A stretch of DNA of 62,762 nucleotides, counting the filler, from Choristocarpus tenellus KU-1152 (taxonomy: Eukaryota; Protista; Phaeophyceae): NCBI GenBank assembly GCA_964200185.2. It is 13 parts of 13 records of this genome, joined end to end, with 100 filler letters (N's around TTAATTAATTAA, not from the genome) between each part and the next. Parts side by side here need not be neighbours in the genome. Positions count along the whole stretch, not along the records: positions 48,362 to 52,259 come from CAXNAD020017273.1; positions 52,360 to 55,986 come from CAXNAD020018873.1; positions 56,087 to 58,844 come from CAXNAD020024994.1; positions 58,945 to 62,762 come from CAXNAD020017752.1; 9 more parts are not named here. One strand, given 5' to 3'. Below the pieces are notes generated by a model. It saw only the letters and a program-made list of their open reading frames with translations. It ran no database searches and was not told the origin of the DNA. The position numbers and the translations under genes are program-made. The stretch's first letter is position 1, and the number at the start of each line of letters is the position of its first letter. Shown piece by piece: positions 49,401 to 61,191 of the stretch.

Positions 49401-49841
49401 ATAAAGGTTTAGAATTGACAACTGAGTTTTTGTACCTACACAGACCCAGTGTCAACATTGATATTAGGGTATATTTATTGCTTTGTTTTTGAGAGAGTTA
49501 GTGTAGATAGTGCTGCTGATACACTATAGACACCACTGGTGGATTATGTGATAGGGTAGAGAGCCAGTGGCAGATATATTATATGTACTGACTCATAGTG
49601 TTGATTGGTATAATATCATGTTCAAGATACACTTCCTATACTTAAGATAAGTAAATAAGTAATTCATAGTATACTAGTGTGGACGATTACAAACCCCACA
49701 CTATAGAGTAATGATGGTAGTTAAGGCTAGAGTCTCACCCACGAGCTCAGTCAGCGGAATCGAGACCACAAGACCCTTGTAATATTAACCTTACTCATCT
49801 ATATCGAGCTGTTCTTTGTCCTTCATTAAAGCACCCATAAA

Positions 49842-51342
49842 GGCCGCGGGTCCAGTGTGGGATAGTTCAACAGATCAGAGGATTCGTCACGAATTTTCAA
49901 GGCAAATCTGAACAGAATTCTTGGTGTTTCGATTTGCCCTCTGTTGTTGTTCGTAGCAATGTGCTTGAAGTTACAGAGTTATTACGTATAGCACATCCAA
50001 AGTTCAAGATGAACAAAATGGATAAAGAGAGTGAGAGAGACCAAATGTCATCGTCGTCAGGTTCATCATCCTAGAGTTCATCCTCTTCCAGTTCATCATG
50101 TTCTAGTTCATCGTCTTTTGATGAATCCACCTTTAGGTTGTAGGCGAGATCTAGGCAGATGATAAACGCAACTGTGATATTGCTCATCTTCGCTTTGATG
50201 GACGAGGAGGATGAGGACGAAGTACATCCATTATTTCGAAGGTTTTGCATCCCCCACAATCGCCCCGTTTACCTGGCGAGCTCGTAGGGGGTTATGCCGG
50301 GGAGAGAGGAAGCTCTGAGAGGCGTCACTTTGGGGGAGGCGCTGAAGTTTATGAGGTGGTTCCGTGTCCCATTTGTTTTCTTTAAAGATTTAGTGAAAGA
50401 GGTACAAACACAGGGGTGGCTTGGTTGTCGAACCGCAGATGCCACCGGACGCCCTGTCATACCTGTGAAGCTGAAGGTGAGCATACCCACAAGTAGAGTT
50501 TGTGTGTGAAAGGGCTACCTCGATAGGTTACGCGACGGTTACTTTTGAAGTGCCTGTTGACCATGCTGGATTTGCACGGGTGGTGACTGCTGGATTTCCT
50601 GGAGCCAAAAACGACGAGGTAACCAATGATGGTGCTATCCAGAAGTTTCGGGTTAGTCCCACGTACACACAGCTGGAGTACAACCTTAAGGACTCCCACG
50701 GGAACTGTTGCACCAAGAAGGAGTCAATATCCTTGTCAATGGGGGCTACCACAAGTTGACGGGAAATACGTGGCTGTAGGGCCATACCTATGTTATTTAT
50801 TTCTCCTGTATAAATGAGTGCTCGTCAAACTAGCAAGTCCACAGTACATTGCCCAACCCGATCTTTGCATTGGCAGTGGAGGTGCACAATATGCCCCATG
50901 AGGGCATCTGTCACACAGGCGCAGGCAAGGTGGAGCGAACGAGTGGCAAGGTGGAGAGTGTATGCAAGGATGTCGAGTGGTTTTTGGCAGAGTCAAGGGT
51001 CGCTTCAGAATCCTCAAGCTGCCACTACTATATTCGCACAGGAAGAAGATAGGTAAGATATTCTTCACTTGTTGCATATTGCAAAACATGCTTCATTCAT
51101 ATGATGGCCTTGGAGAGTTGGAGGGCAACACTGACTGGACAGGGGATGCTGGTCTGCATGATACCTTCTATAGTGACCCTTACACTGATTTCAAGCAGAT
51201 TGGCATACCAAGGGACCAGGGGGGAGGGGGATCTGAAGAGTATGTGGAGAGGGAGATGGGATTTGATGAGCTTAGGAATAGGCTCATAGCACACTATAAG
51301 TACAAGAAAGAAAACGGAGAGGTTGTTTGGATGAGGTCCTGA
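49842..51342 (+). pseudogene. PIF/Harbinger DDE transposase pseudogene with an internal deletion
   Basis: KFMRWFRVPF.FF..LV, DATGRP.IP.KLK, FPGAKND, NGGYHK, ESV.KDVE..FGRVKGRFRILK, CCILQNML; candidate left end TAA-AGGCCGCGGG at 49838-49850. Confidence 0.9.
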
Positions 51343-51390
51343 TGATGGGATCTTGCTTGTCGAACAATGCTTTGCATTTTGCGCTGTTGA

Positions 51391-51647
51391 GAGTCAAAGT
51401 ACCTTAGAGGGTAGAGCCGCGTCCATTTGGAGGTCAAAATCCAATGTTGCGATTTTGATATAATTTTGACTATTGTGTTTGTTAGGAAGTGTCCATGCCC
51501 TTGTTCCGGACATAACATTTCGTAACATAAACATGTTACCTACTTCAAACGTTTCGGAGTAGGTAAAATGTCATACAAACCCGTGGGAAGCCAAGCCCCA
51601 AACGGACAAACAGGGCAAAACTCGTACCCTCTAAGATACTTTCACTC
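51391..51647 (+). mobile_element. MITE family A, full length, TSD TTGA
   Basis: GAGTCAAAGTACCTTAGAGGGTA...TACCCTCTAAGATACTTTCACTC; ttga on both flanks. Confidence 0.95.
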
Positions 51648-52359
51648 TTGACACTTTATGTGATAGTGAACGGTACAATTGGTATCGTAGTTTTGTGAAG
51701 TACATAAAAGAAGAGGTAGGAAGGACGTAATACAGGACAAAGAGTCATTTGTTAGTACAATATAGAGGGTGGTTGAAAGTCAGCAGTCAAAAGGAAGAAT
51801 AACTTGCCACTGATTGTGAGAATGTAGTTAGGTAAAGATTGTCCTCATGGACAAGAGCAACCCACTTCGTTCTGAGTAGTGGATAATACTATACCCTAAC
51901 CAACCTTCTAAAGAGCGCTGGGATCATTATCGTTACTTAACTTTGCTCAAGGTCATGATACAAGATCAGGGTTGACAGCTTTATTTGGTTAGTGCATCAG
52001 AAGTTCAAGATCAGAGGACTTGACACGAAAATAAATTCCATTTAATACTAATATTATCTCAAATCTATACAAAGATTTGCCAATGCTGTCCAGCGTGATG
52101 GTACACCTATGTGCACGGGACCGCTGTCAAAGACTACTGAGCACTACACTGACAGCTGTGTTGTTACAACTGATTCCCCAAGTCTATCCCCCCACTACTA
52201 CTTCCTGTCCCCAAAGCCCCCACGTCAACTCCCCCTTTGCCACTGTCTGGCTCCAAATCNNNNNNNNNNNNNNNNNNNNNNNNNNNNNNNNNNNNNNNNN
52301 NNNTTAATTAATTAANNNNNNNNNNNNNNNNNNNNNNNNNNNNNNNNNNNNNNNNNNNN

Positions 52360-52703
52360 CAGTCGACTGCAGAGGCAGAGTTCATAGCGATGGGGGACTG
52401 TGTAAAGGAGTTGTTGTTTTTGCGAGGTGTGTTGGAGTTCTGCAACCTGATAGAACTGGGTCGTGTTATGTAGTGTATGAGGATAACACAGGAGTCATCC
52501 ATTTGGCAAACAACCCCTTGAGTTCGGGTAGGACTAAGCAAATAGATGTGCAACATCATTTCCTAAGGGACTTGGTAGCAAATGGACAAATAAGGATTGT
52601 TCGTGTTACCTCAGATGAGCAGCATGCAGATGTCTTGACCAAGCTTCAGCAGAAATACCTTTTGAAGGTATACAGGGGCTTTGCTAAATTTAGATTATGT
52701 TAA
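52360..52703 (+). pseudogene. Ty1/Copia RNase H C-terminus
   Basis: STAEAEFIA, YEDNTGVI.LA.NP...RTKQIDV.HHFLRD, QHADVLTK. Confidence 0.92.
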
Positions 52704-52869
52704 GTGGTTTGCTTCTTGCTGAATGTTAATGTGTTTGTTTGGATTTATTTCTTTTCAGTGAGTTCAATAGCTGTTTTTTTTCTTGTCATACAGGATTAAC
52801 CTAAGGAATCTCCTAGGATCCACAATTGTTTTCTTGTAAGTTTTCAAGAGTTGTTTGAGCTAGGGAAGG

Positions 52870-53160
52870 TGTGCGATTAGACTCTTCCAACTCTATCGAA
52901 CAGTTACAGTAAAATATGTATGGAGTAAAGGAACAATCAATTAGTGGTTGAACTATCAGAACCTTTTATTAGTGATTATTTGTATGAGATAAATTCTCAT
53001 ATAAAAGGAAATATTTCTGATTTTATGGGGTGCTGCATGCCCCACTTAACTTTAATCTATCACTCCACAGACACCAAGCAATCTCGCTGGGTTTATCACC
53101 TTGATCCTCTTTGATGATTTAAGGGATACTTTAACACATGTCATCCCCTCATTCACACAA
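52870..53160 (+). mobile_element. Probable Copia 3' LTR
   Basis: Polypurine tract GAGCTAGGGAAGG then TG, downstream of RNase H; right end uncertain. Confidence 0.45.
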
Positions 53161-53660
53161 CAGAGCCAAACCAATCGAGATATAGGCAGGTTTGGAGCCT
53201 ATTTCATTCTAAGTCATCTTTCTTTCTCAGTACAATACACCCTCTTTCATTTCTGTATGTGCACAATAGTGTACACATAAAAATTGATGTTCCCCCTTTC
53301 CCCGCACAAAGTTTACCACGATTAAGCAAAGGCTCTTCCCTGGAATTACACAAAATGACATATTTTTTCGATTTCTCGGGATCCTTCAACTGCAACCCTG
53401 CCTACCTCTCTGTTGGTTTGACTAAACAATAGTGACCTGAGCGATCTCTTCACTTTTCCAATATGATGGTACCCACAGGCATTGTGTTGGGGTACTTGCC
53501 TTCGCTTACACCCATTGTTGCACGCACTGGGAAGGCAAGTATCCCTTTGGGATATTTATTGGTTCGATGAATACTTCATACTTGGTACACTCAACGGGTG
53601 ATCTTCGTTAGCAGTCAGACACTGTTTGCTGCTTCTCTGTTTGACCTTATTGTTAACTGT

Positions 53661-53838
53661 GGCCCAAAGTGTCCGAGGGGGAATGGCGGCTGTCCATTCG
53701 GGGCCCATTTTTCCATATCGCGATTTTGGGATATTTGATTGCATGCGTCGGATGGATAATGTAAATTTAGTTCTCCTGGTCAGGCCAATGGACACGCTAG
53801 TGTAGACCCCCCCCCTCCCCCCCCAGATACTTTGAGCC
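53661..53838 (-). mobile_element. MITE family B, full length
   Basis: GGCCCAAAGTGTCC...CAGATACTTTGAGCC; flanks tgt/ttt. Confidence 0.9.
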
Positions 53839-53845
53839 TTTCCAA

Positions 53846-54340
53846 TGTAAAAATGAGTACACCCTACCCCTCCATCTCAAGGTGCTAGAAATTGGGATTT
53901 GTAGGCAATCTTTCAAACGAATATATATTTTTTCAAGCCTACTTCGTATCACTCAAGATGGACAAGTGACGTGTCGTTCAGGGTCTATCTATGTGGGCCT
54001 ATGGGATAAAGACTTCCCTTCATCCCACCTTCAGACGTGTGGGAAGCTTTAGGGGTAGGGGTTGCAGGATCTAAGCACTCTTAACCACCACAGAGGGTAT
54101 AACAACAATGGCTATCCTCTCCATTGTTGTTGTAGTTTCTGTGTTCGTATATTTCCCTCGGACGAAAATATATATGACAAAGATACGTTTCCTTTCTCTC
54201 CTGGGTATCTCTTACAGCTCCCCCTTGTGTGTGGTTGATCCCTTCACCTCATGTCGCCATCCTTTTCTTTACGCTTTGTCAACAGAATTATACTAACCTA
54301 CAATTCCAATCATACACACTAAGAGAAACATGTTGTGACA
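53846..54340 (+). mobile_element. LTR-like dispersed repeat (family L2), copy 2
   Basis: Similar to 35000-35456; ends atgttgtgaca. Confidence 0.55.
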
Positions 54341-55959
54341 ACAAGCAGTTTGATGATAATCCTGTATTACGTATTCCTGTGTCTAATCTGCAACAATCAT
54401 ATTGAGATACTGTCGACATCCAATGGCCAGGATGAGATGCTGCAGGAGACAAATACTGTGCATGGATAGGCAATAGGGTGGGCTTTTGACAGAGGGAGGG
54501 AGAGTAGGGGAAACTCCGCGAACTAGTAGTCACTTGTGTTCCAGCAGCCCGATGAGGGAAAAGGAAGTAAAGCTGGGGTGTTTGCTTAGGTAAATCTGTG
54601 GGGACTGTCCTTGCAAAAGAGGATGAGAATGTACACCACTGAGTACCTACAAAAACTTAAACAGAACCAGGAAGAAAGGGGCTGAGTGGTCTGTATCTGA
54701 GGGGGGAAAGGAGGAGAAGCCCCACCAGCTAGAAGACACAGTGCCCCAGTAGCACCAAGAGAAAAGGGGCAGGGAAGGACTGTGCTTAGACAGAAGGGAT
54801 GAGCTGTGCCTGGATAGAAGGGGTGGGCTGTAACAGAGGTTCTGCTCCTAGCCGTTCAAAATTCAGTTTGAATGTCAAGCATAACATGCTATAGCTGCGG
54901 GGGGATCTATGCATAACTTCGACCTTTTTCAGAGGGAAATTGGACCCGGGAAAAATGTGGTATGTTTCATCTGTCTCTTTCAAATAGTAGTACCTTTTTT
55001 CTTGCAGTGGTGACGCTAGCCCTCCCATCCCAATATATGATTTTCGAATTCAAAGGTTTATGGGTGGTAAATTCGTAATCAACACCTTAGACATTGGCAT
55101 TATCCGTAGATGATCCTTAGAGAGTGCTGAAAGATGTACAGTGAGGTGTCAGGTGCCAGCAAGCTTTCAATTTCGATGTTTGTGTACTATGAGTCCTAGA
55201 AAGGTAGATTGATCAGTACCATTACAATATCACGGCTTTGGCTACTAAGATATACCGAGCTGCTCTCCTCGCCTATGCAGAATTGAAAAACGAATTCAAC
55301 ATCATCTGCACTAGATCACATGTGGAAGTAACTATTCCTGGTTTCCTCGAGCAGATGACAGACGAAGCGCCAGACCTGAGCCCTTTGACACTAACCAAGG
55401 AAATCATGTCGAGGATGACCCTGAGAACTGGAAAGAAATAGTGGTTTCGATTCTCGAAACGTTTCAAACTTCTACGATATTGTTATGGGCCCAGATGGTC
55501 TGATGTCCAGAAAATCATCTCCAATGTGTACATCCCCATATGGCAGTGGTTGTACCACGGAATATGTTGCTTTAATCTTCTCATTTCTGCGTAAGTTCAC
55601 GCCTTTGTGGGATTAACTTAAACCCATAATACTACTAAGGTGTAAGTGGGGAGGTTCTGAAGACGTACACCTCCAAGACTTTCGTTACATTCCAGGCCAT
55701 TCCCAAAGGGAAATTTCGATCTAGGGAGCAGGGGGTGGACTGACTGCAGAGATGTTACAAAACGCTCCGCAAGTTACAGAACACTCCGCAAGCTTACCGT
55801 GATGGGATATGCAGCTCTGATCCATAAGAATGTATGCGGACAATGAAGCTCACACAAGGCTCCATCATGCACAAGTTGTCAAGTATGCTGGATCTCTCAC
55901 TTCGGTTATTCACTTCATAAGGATCACATCATGGTATAATAGGAACTTGTCAACGATAT

Positions 55960-55986
55960 GGGTCAAAGTATCTGGGGGGGTGGGGG
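55960..55986. mobile_element. MITE family B terminus (contig end)
   Basis: GGGTCAAAGTATCTGGGGGGG. Confidence 0.82.
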
Positions 55987-57167
55987 NNNNNNNNNNNNNN
56001 NNNNNNNNNNNNNNNNNNNNNNNNNNNNNNTTAATTAATTAANNNNNNNNNNNNNNNNNNNNNNNNNNNNNNNNNNNNNNNNNNNNTTGGGTCAAACTCA
56101 TCCTCCATGAAATGCTCCATCCTCAATTTTTCCGAGAGGCTGTTATACCCTAATCGAACCGAAATTCGAAAGACATTTGGAGTTCAACCGCCTTGGAAAA
56201 ACCCTCCCAGTATAGCAAAAAATTGACATCAATAACCTTCAACCAGGAACACACATGTAGTTAAATATTTAGATGCTGGACAGCATTTCAAACACCCCAC
56301 ACTAAACTCGAAAATTTCGTAAAAGCAGTCACAAATATTATCTTACACTCCATTGATGTTGTTTCCAAGTATAACACACTACTCTGGAGTACATGTAAGT
56401 ACATGTGTTGCAATTGATTACCTGCCAAGTTGTACTGGTGTTAAATGTAGGGATCACATGGTTGATGGAACACAGCTCACTCCATCTCGTTGTCTAAGAG
56501 GTAGTCCTTGCGCGCGTAACACTCTTAACTATGCCTGCTATTTTTTATTGTTTTTTCGGTCTTTTTTTTTCTTTTGACGCCAAACGCATGCGGAGAAACT
56601 GTGCTGTTCATACACTTAAGTATGACGAAAACCCTATGCCACATACATGACGTAGCTATTGAGAGTGACCTCATACATTAAACGCCTAAACTTACTGTGA
56701 CTCCTATCTCATCCCCAAGAATTCCTGTTGAAGTATCCTACTTGGACCTGTGGTAAATATGAAGCATGATGTGCCTTGACAGAGGTTAACATGAATTCAG
56801 GTGAATAGGTTCATTGCATGTTACTAGGGGACTTTCGCGTCTATGACCAAACTTGCGGGGCTGAAAGGACTTTCTGCCATTCTTATTTTCTATTATGATG
56901 CGGGGTTTTGTGATTGTCCATACTTCCTATGAATCACGTACGTGCCTGTCTCCAGTATGACTAGTACTACCTAGATCAGAGCAACTGATAACTGGATATC
57001 AATCAATGAACATATCTGGTCCATGATGTCATGCATCAGATACACAAGAGAAACCTCTGTCAGAGCAACATAATGACAACACATTGGTAGATCCATCACT
57101 GACACTACATCCCATTGTCTACTCCACCAAGAAGAGTACTTGATAAAAGGAAAATATTCCCTTCTAG

Positions 57168-58136
57168 GTATGTGTGCGTGCGCTTAATGTGCCTATCTAT
57201 TGTGAAGAACACAAGGCCACTGTTGAGGTCATACAGTTGGCTACAAGGATGACTGTAGGTTTGCAGGTGTTGAGAGAAACACTGAAGAAAGTGCATCACT
57301 GGTTTATTATAGAGTTTGTTGTAGAAGTTCCTTGCACTGGTGGGTGTGGCAAAGAAATGTAGATGTAGTCAAACCTAGTGGCTGACCTGTTTCAGTTCTA
57401 ATGTAATACTACGTAGTATACTGCATTGAAACAAGTAGAATCCTGTTACGTCAAAGGATATCAGTATTTGTGCTGATCTCGAGTCGAAACGCTTACTATC
57501 TGTTTTCTGAAGTACGTTACAGTACCTCAACATTTTTTTTTCACTTTTTAGTACCTTCATCTAGTTAATGTTACCTCTGCAACTATTTTGTGTTGCCTAA
57601 TGGCGTTGCCAAAATAAAAGAACAAGCATTGATTTTGGTTTTTGAACTGGACGCACGTCAGTGTTGGGTCGGATTTGGTATATGTAGGAAAGTTTATATA
57701 TTCCTGGTATTTGGGAATCACACACTCTTGTTGATTTGGATGTACCTGAGACTGATGTGGTCCTATCTCTGTGTGCTCCAGGCAGTGCACTATTCGCAAT
57801 GGAGTGCAGTCCAATAGCTGGCAAGGTTTGGGGAAGTGGTCTGAGTGAAATTATCTTAGAGGGTACGAATTTGGGGCTTGGCTTCCCACGAGTTTTTTTA
57901 TGACATTTTCCTACTCCGAAATGTTTCGAAGTAGGTATAATGTGTATGTTATGAAAAGATGTGTTCGGAACAAGGATATTGACACTTCCTTACTATTATG
58001 CCCTGACCCTCGTCCTTCCTTTCAAGCTAGAGACACTGGGCAGCAGGTGGGCAAGAATGGGCCTGACAGAGTCATGGGAAGCTTCGCTAGGTTCTCGCCC
58101 ACCTCACTTTGTAGGTCTGAGCTAGGTTTCAACCAT
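57168..58136 (+). pseudogene. Possible intron-containing KDZ (Kyakuja-Dileera-Zisupton) transposase fragments
   Basis: Exon-like blocks VCVRALNVPIYCEEH (57168-57266) and DTGQQVGKNGPDRVMGSFARF...H ending at GTGAGT (about 58030-58136) loosely resemble KDZ core motifs; weak. Confidence 0.3.
57843..57990 (-). mobile_element. MITE family A, truncated and internally deleted
   Basis: GAGTGAAATTATCTTAGAGGGTACG...gacacttcct. Confidence 0.85.
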
Positions 58137-58164
58137 GTGAGTGTGCACATTATTTTGCATAAAA

Positions 58165-58401
58165 GAGTGAAAGTATCTTAGAGGGTACGAGTTTTGCCCT
58201 GTTTATCCATTTGGGGCTTGGCTTTCCATGGACTTTTTATTACATTTTCCTTCTCCAAAATGTTTCGGAGTGGGTAAAATGTGTATGTTATTAAAAGGTG
58301 TGTCCAGAACATCGACATTGACACTTCCTAACGTCAAAATTGCAACATTGGACTTTGGCCCCCAAATGGACGCGGCTGTACCCTCTAAGATACTTTGGCT
58401 C
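58165..58401 (-). mobile_element. MITE family A, both TIRs, TSD AAAA
   Basis: GAGTGAAAGTATCTTAGAGGGTA...CCCTCTAAGATACTTTGGCTC; about 20-bp internal deletion. Confidence 0.92.
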
Positions 58402-58805
58402 AAAACAATATTCAAGGGGATATTCTTGAATTGTTAGTTCCCAAATTAGTACGTATTTTAGGGAGATAATATGTCTTAACATTGATGACAACGATTGGTT
58501 TTATCTACATTGACTGCATCATGTAGTTTTAGTCTTGGTTTTACCCTTGCCCCAACAAATCTGAAAAATATAGAAGGGCATAGTTTTTAATGCATACGAA
58601 GACTTGTATGGATGTCAATCGGGAAGTCTCCTGATAGATCGGATGTTGGAGCCGTGATGAGTAAGAGAGTCCTATCGGTTATAGTGAGATCTGTACTTGC
58701 CTGCTCAGCTTTGACACGATTCATGCATTGTATATTTATATTCACTCAATGGTTGTGTATTATGGAAACTCCACCAGGTCCACTATTATGATAAGATAAA
58801 ATCGA

Positions 58806-58844
58806 GGGTCAAAGTATCTGAGGGGGGGGGTGGTTTGTGTTCGG
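58806..58844. mobile_element. MITE family B-like terminus (contig end)
   Basis: GGGTCAAAGTATCTGAGGGGGGGGG. Confidence 0.78.
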
Positions 58845-58944
58845 NNNNNNNNNNNNNNNNNNNNNNNNNNNNNNNNNNNNNNNNNNNNTTAATTAATTAA
58901 NNNNNNNNNNNNNNNNNNNNNNNNNNNNNNNNNNNNNNNNNNNN

Positions 58945-59090
58945 GGGTCTATACCAGGGTGTCCATTTGGGCCCTGTACTCTTACATTATCCATCCGACG
59001 CATGCAATCCGAATCACCCAAAAATCGCGACATGGAAAAATGGGTTCCAAATGGACAGCAGCCACACACACACCCCAGATACTTTGAACC
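58945..59090 (+). mobile_element. MITE family B, left TIR lost at contig start
   Basis: gtgtccatttggg...caaatggacag...CAGATACTTTGAACC. Confidence 0.88.
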
Positions 59091-59622
59091 AGTGAGTAGA
59101 GGGCGTGGAATGGATGGTAAGAGGGTGTTGAAGGATGTCATTACAGGAAGGAGGAGGTTGTGCGGGTGTTGGATGCATCTTTGATTCATCCGATGAAAGA
59201 AGAAGAAGGGCATGCAAAGGATGGGAAGGTAAGGCATGCTCCTATGGTGGGCTGAATATTATTGGGGGACACTGGCCACCTCATATTTCGAGTGGGGATA
59301 TTCGATGAACCATTAAGGAAAACGTTTTTGGGCGCGGTGTAGAGAGCAAAAAGAGTAATATTGCATCTCATACATACGCTGGGCATAAGAATCAATAGAT
59401 TCCTTCAGCAGCAGAAATAAACTAGGGGGAAAGTCGATTGTGTAGGAGGATGCTCTCATAGGGAGGTTCAAGTTGGCGTAAAGTGGGGTGGATAGGTGTT
59501 TGTAGCAATCGATGGTCGAACTTTTCCCTTGGAGGGAGCAAGTGAGTTTTTGGAAAGGGATGTTTGAGAGCATGGGATCGAAGATTTGTGAGAGCCAAAG
59601 GATGTTATATATGAAGGAGTCT

Positions 59623-59799
59623 GACTCAAAGTATCTGGGGGGGGGGGGTCTACACCAGGGTGTCCGGTTGGGCCCTGACCAGGAGGAGGGAACATATCTT
59701 ATCCATCCAACGCATGCAACCAGATCACCAAGAAATGGCAATATGGAAAAATGGGCCCCAAATGGACTGCCGCCACTCCCCCTACAGATACTTTGAGCC
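59623..59799 (+). mobile_element. MITE family B, full length, 3-bp TSD TCT
   Basis: GACTCAAAGTATCTGGGG...CAGATACTTTGAGCC; tct on both flanks. Confidence 0.93.
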
Positions 59800-59964
59800 T
59801 CTGTGCAGAGTGAAAAGGCGTGCTAGAACAAGTGTGGGGGCATGCACATGGTTGAAGGCAATGTGTATAGGTTGAACTGTGTAGAGGGAGATAATGCAAT
59901 GGGCTTACCCTCACGCGGGGAGTGGAAGCGATACACAAAATGTTAAGCACATTGTTCGGGAAGT

Positions 59965-60217
59965 GTGTCAAAGTATCTTAGAGGTAGAGCCACATCCATT
60001 TCGGGGCCAAAATCCAATGTTGCTGTTTTGATGTAATTCTGGCTATCATATTTGTTAGGAAGTGTCAACATCCTTGTTGCAGACACACATTTTATAACAT
60101 GCACATTTTTCCTACTCCGAAACTTTCAGATGTAGAAAAATGTAAAAAAAAAATGTGAGAAGTCAAGATCCAACGAACAAAAAGGAAAAAACTCGTTACC
60201 TCTAAGATATTTCACTC
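59965..60217 (+). mobile_element. MITE family A, full length, diverged
   Basis: GTGTCAAAGTATCTTAGAGG...CTAAGATATTTCACTC; no intact TSD. Confidence 0.9.
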
Positions 60218-60738
60218 TGATACGGGGAAAATTAGTCTCATCTGAATGTAGATGGCAGATCTAGGTGAAGGTGCACATCACTTCACTGTTCCTCACCTCC
60301 TGGTTCCCTTTATTGGCATCCTTAAGACTATTGCTTTTCCAGCGCCTTCTCTTGTTCTAATCATTCAATGTTCCCTCACAGTAGCTGAAATTTTATTAAT
60401 TGCACTGTATCTATCTTTCTTGTCCTTCAGAATAAAAGCAGCTGTAAGAGCCAACCCATCTAGTACGTTTAAAAGCTCCCACACACAGAGGTCGACATAG
60501 ACGCCTTGGCACCTAAGGGTAAGACGAAGCCCTCTCCTCGACCTGATCAGGTTGATGTAATTATTTTTTCTGTTATAGTTGCATAAAGTACTACATATAT
60601 ATGAAGTGTGTTCTACGCTAGTTTTGACTGTTGATTCGTCCACTAGAACTGGTCACTTAGTGTGTCAGCACCTAGATCGCGGATATACCACTCTGCTTGG
60701 TGTTTGAGCGTGATTTACCGTCTCAGGATGTGGAAATA

Positions 60739-61191
60739 TGTTACAGGCGAATAGCACGAGCATTTCTTTCTGCCCTCCAAAATGCGAAAATAGTATACAG
60801 ACGTAAGAATTCATATTAGAGGAACTTCGAACTGATAGAAGATGCAGAGTAAGATTCGAAATGCATACATAACCTTACAGAATGTCAATTCCTGAAAGTT
60901 GCAGAATAAATTTATTGGAGTATTTACACAGCAGTTTGCAGACTTCATTTAACTCTTTGGCTGTAGAAAAACGGTGAATGATGTTAATAAAAGGCTGAGT
61001 GTTGACCACACGCCTCAGTTTTTTATTCTTACCTCCTTTTGATAAAGTGAAAAGCGAGACATTGACTGAGCTAAGCATCAACTGACACCAAACGTGGTCA
61101 TCATCTGTGAACCCCCACGGAGTGTCGTATTAAGGTCGTTGGATTTGAGTTACACATCATGTGGAGGTGAGTTTGGGGTCGCGCTGTAACA
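60739..61191 (-). mobile_element. Solo LTR related to family L1, 453 bp, 4-bp TSD AATA
   Basis: TGTTACAG...CTGTAACA termini, aata flanks, shared blocks with 39294-39894. Confidence 0.88.

Noticed and set aside
2731-58944. Recurring identical TTAATTAATTAA palindrome
   Set aside because: Always centred in 44+44 Ns; an artificial six-frame-stop linker, not biology. ORFs running into X strings are artefacts.
60250-60560. Gag-like helical fragment on the minus strand
   Set aside because: No diagnostic motif; plausible TE relic but unsupported.
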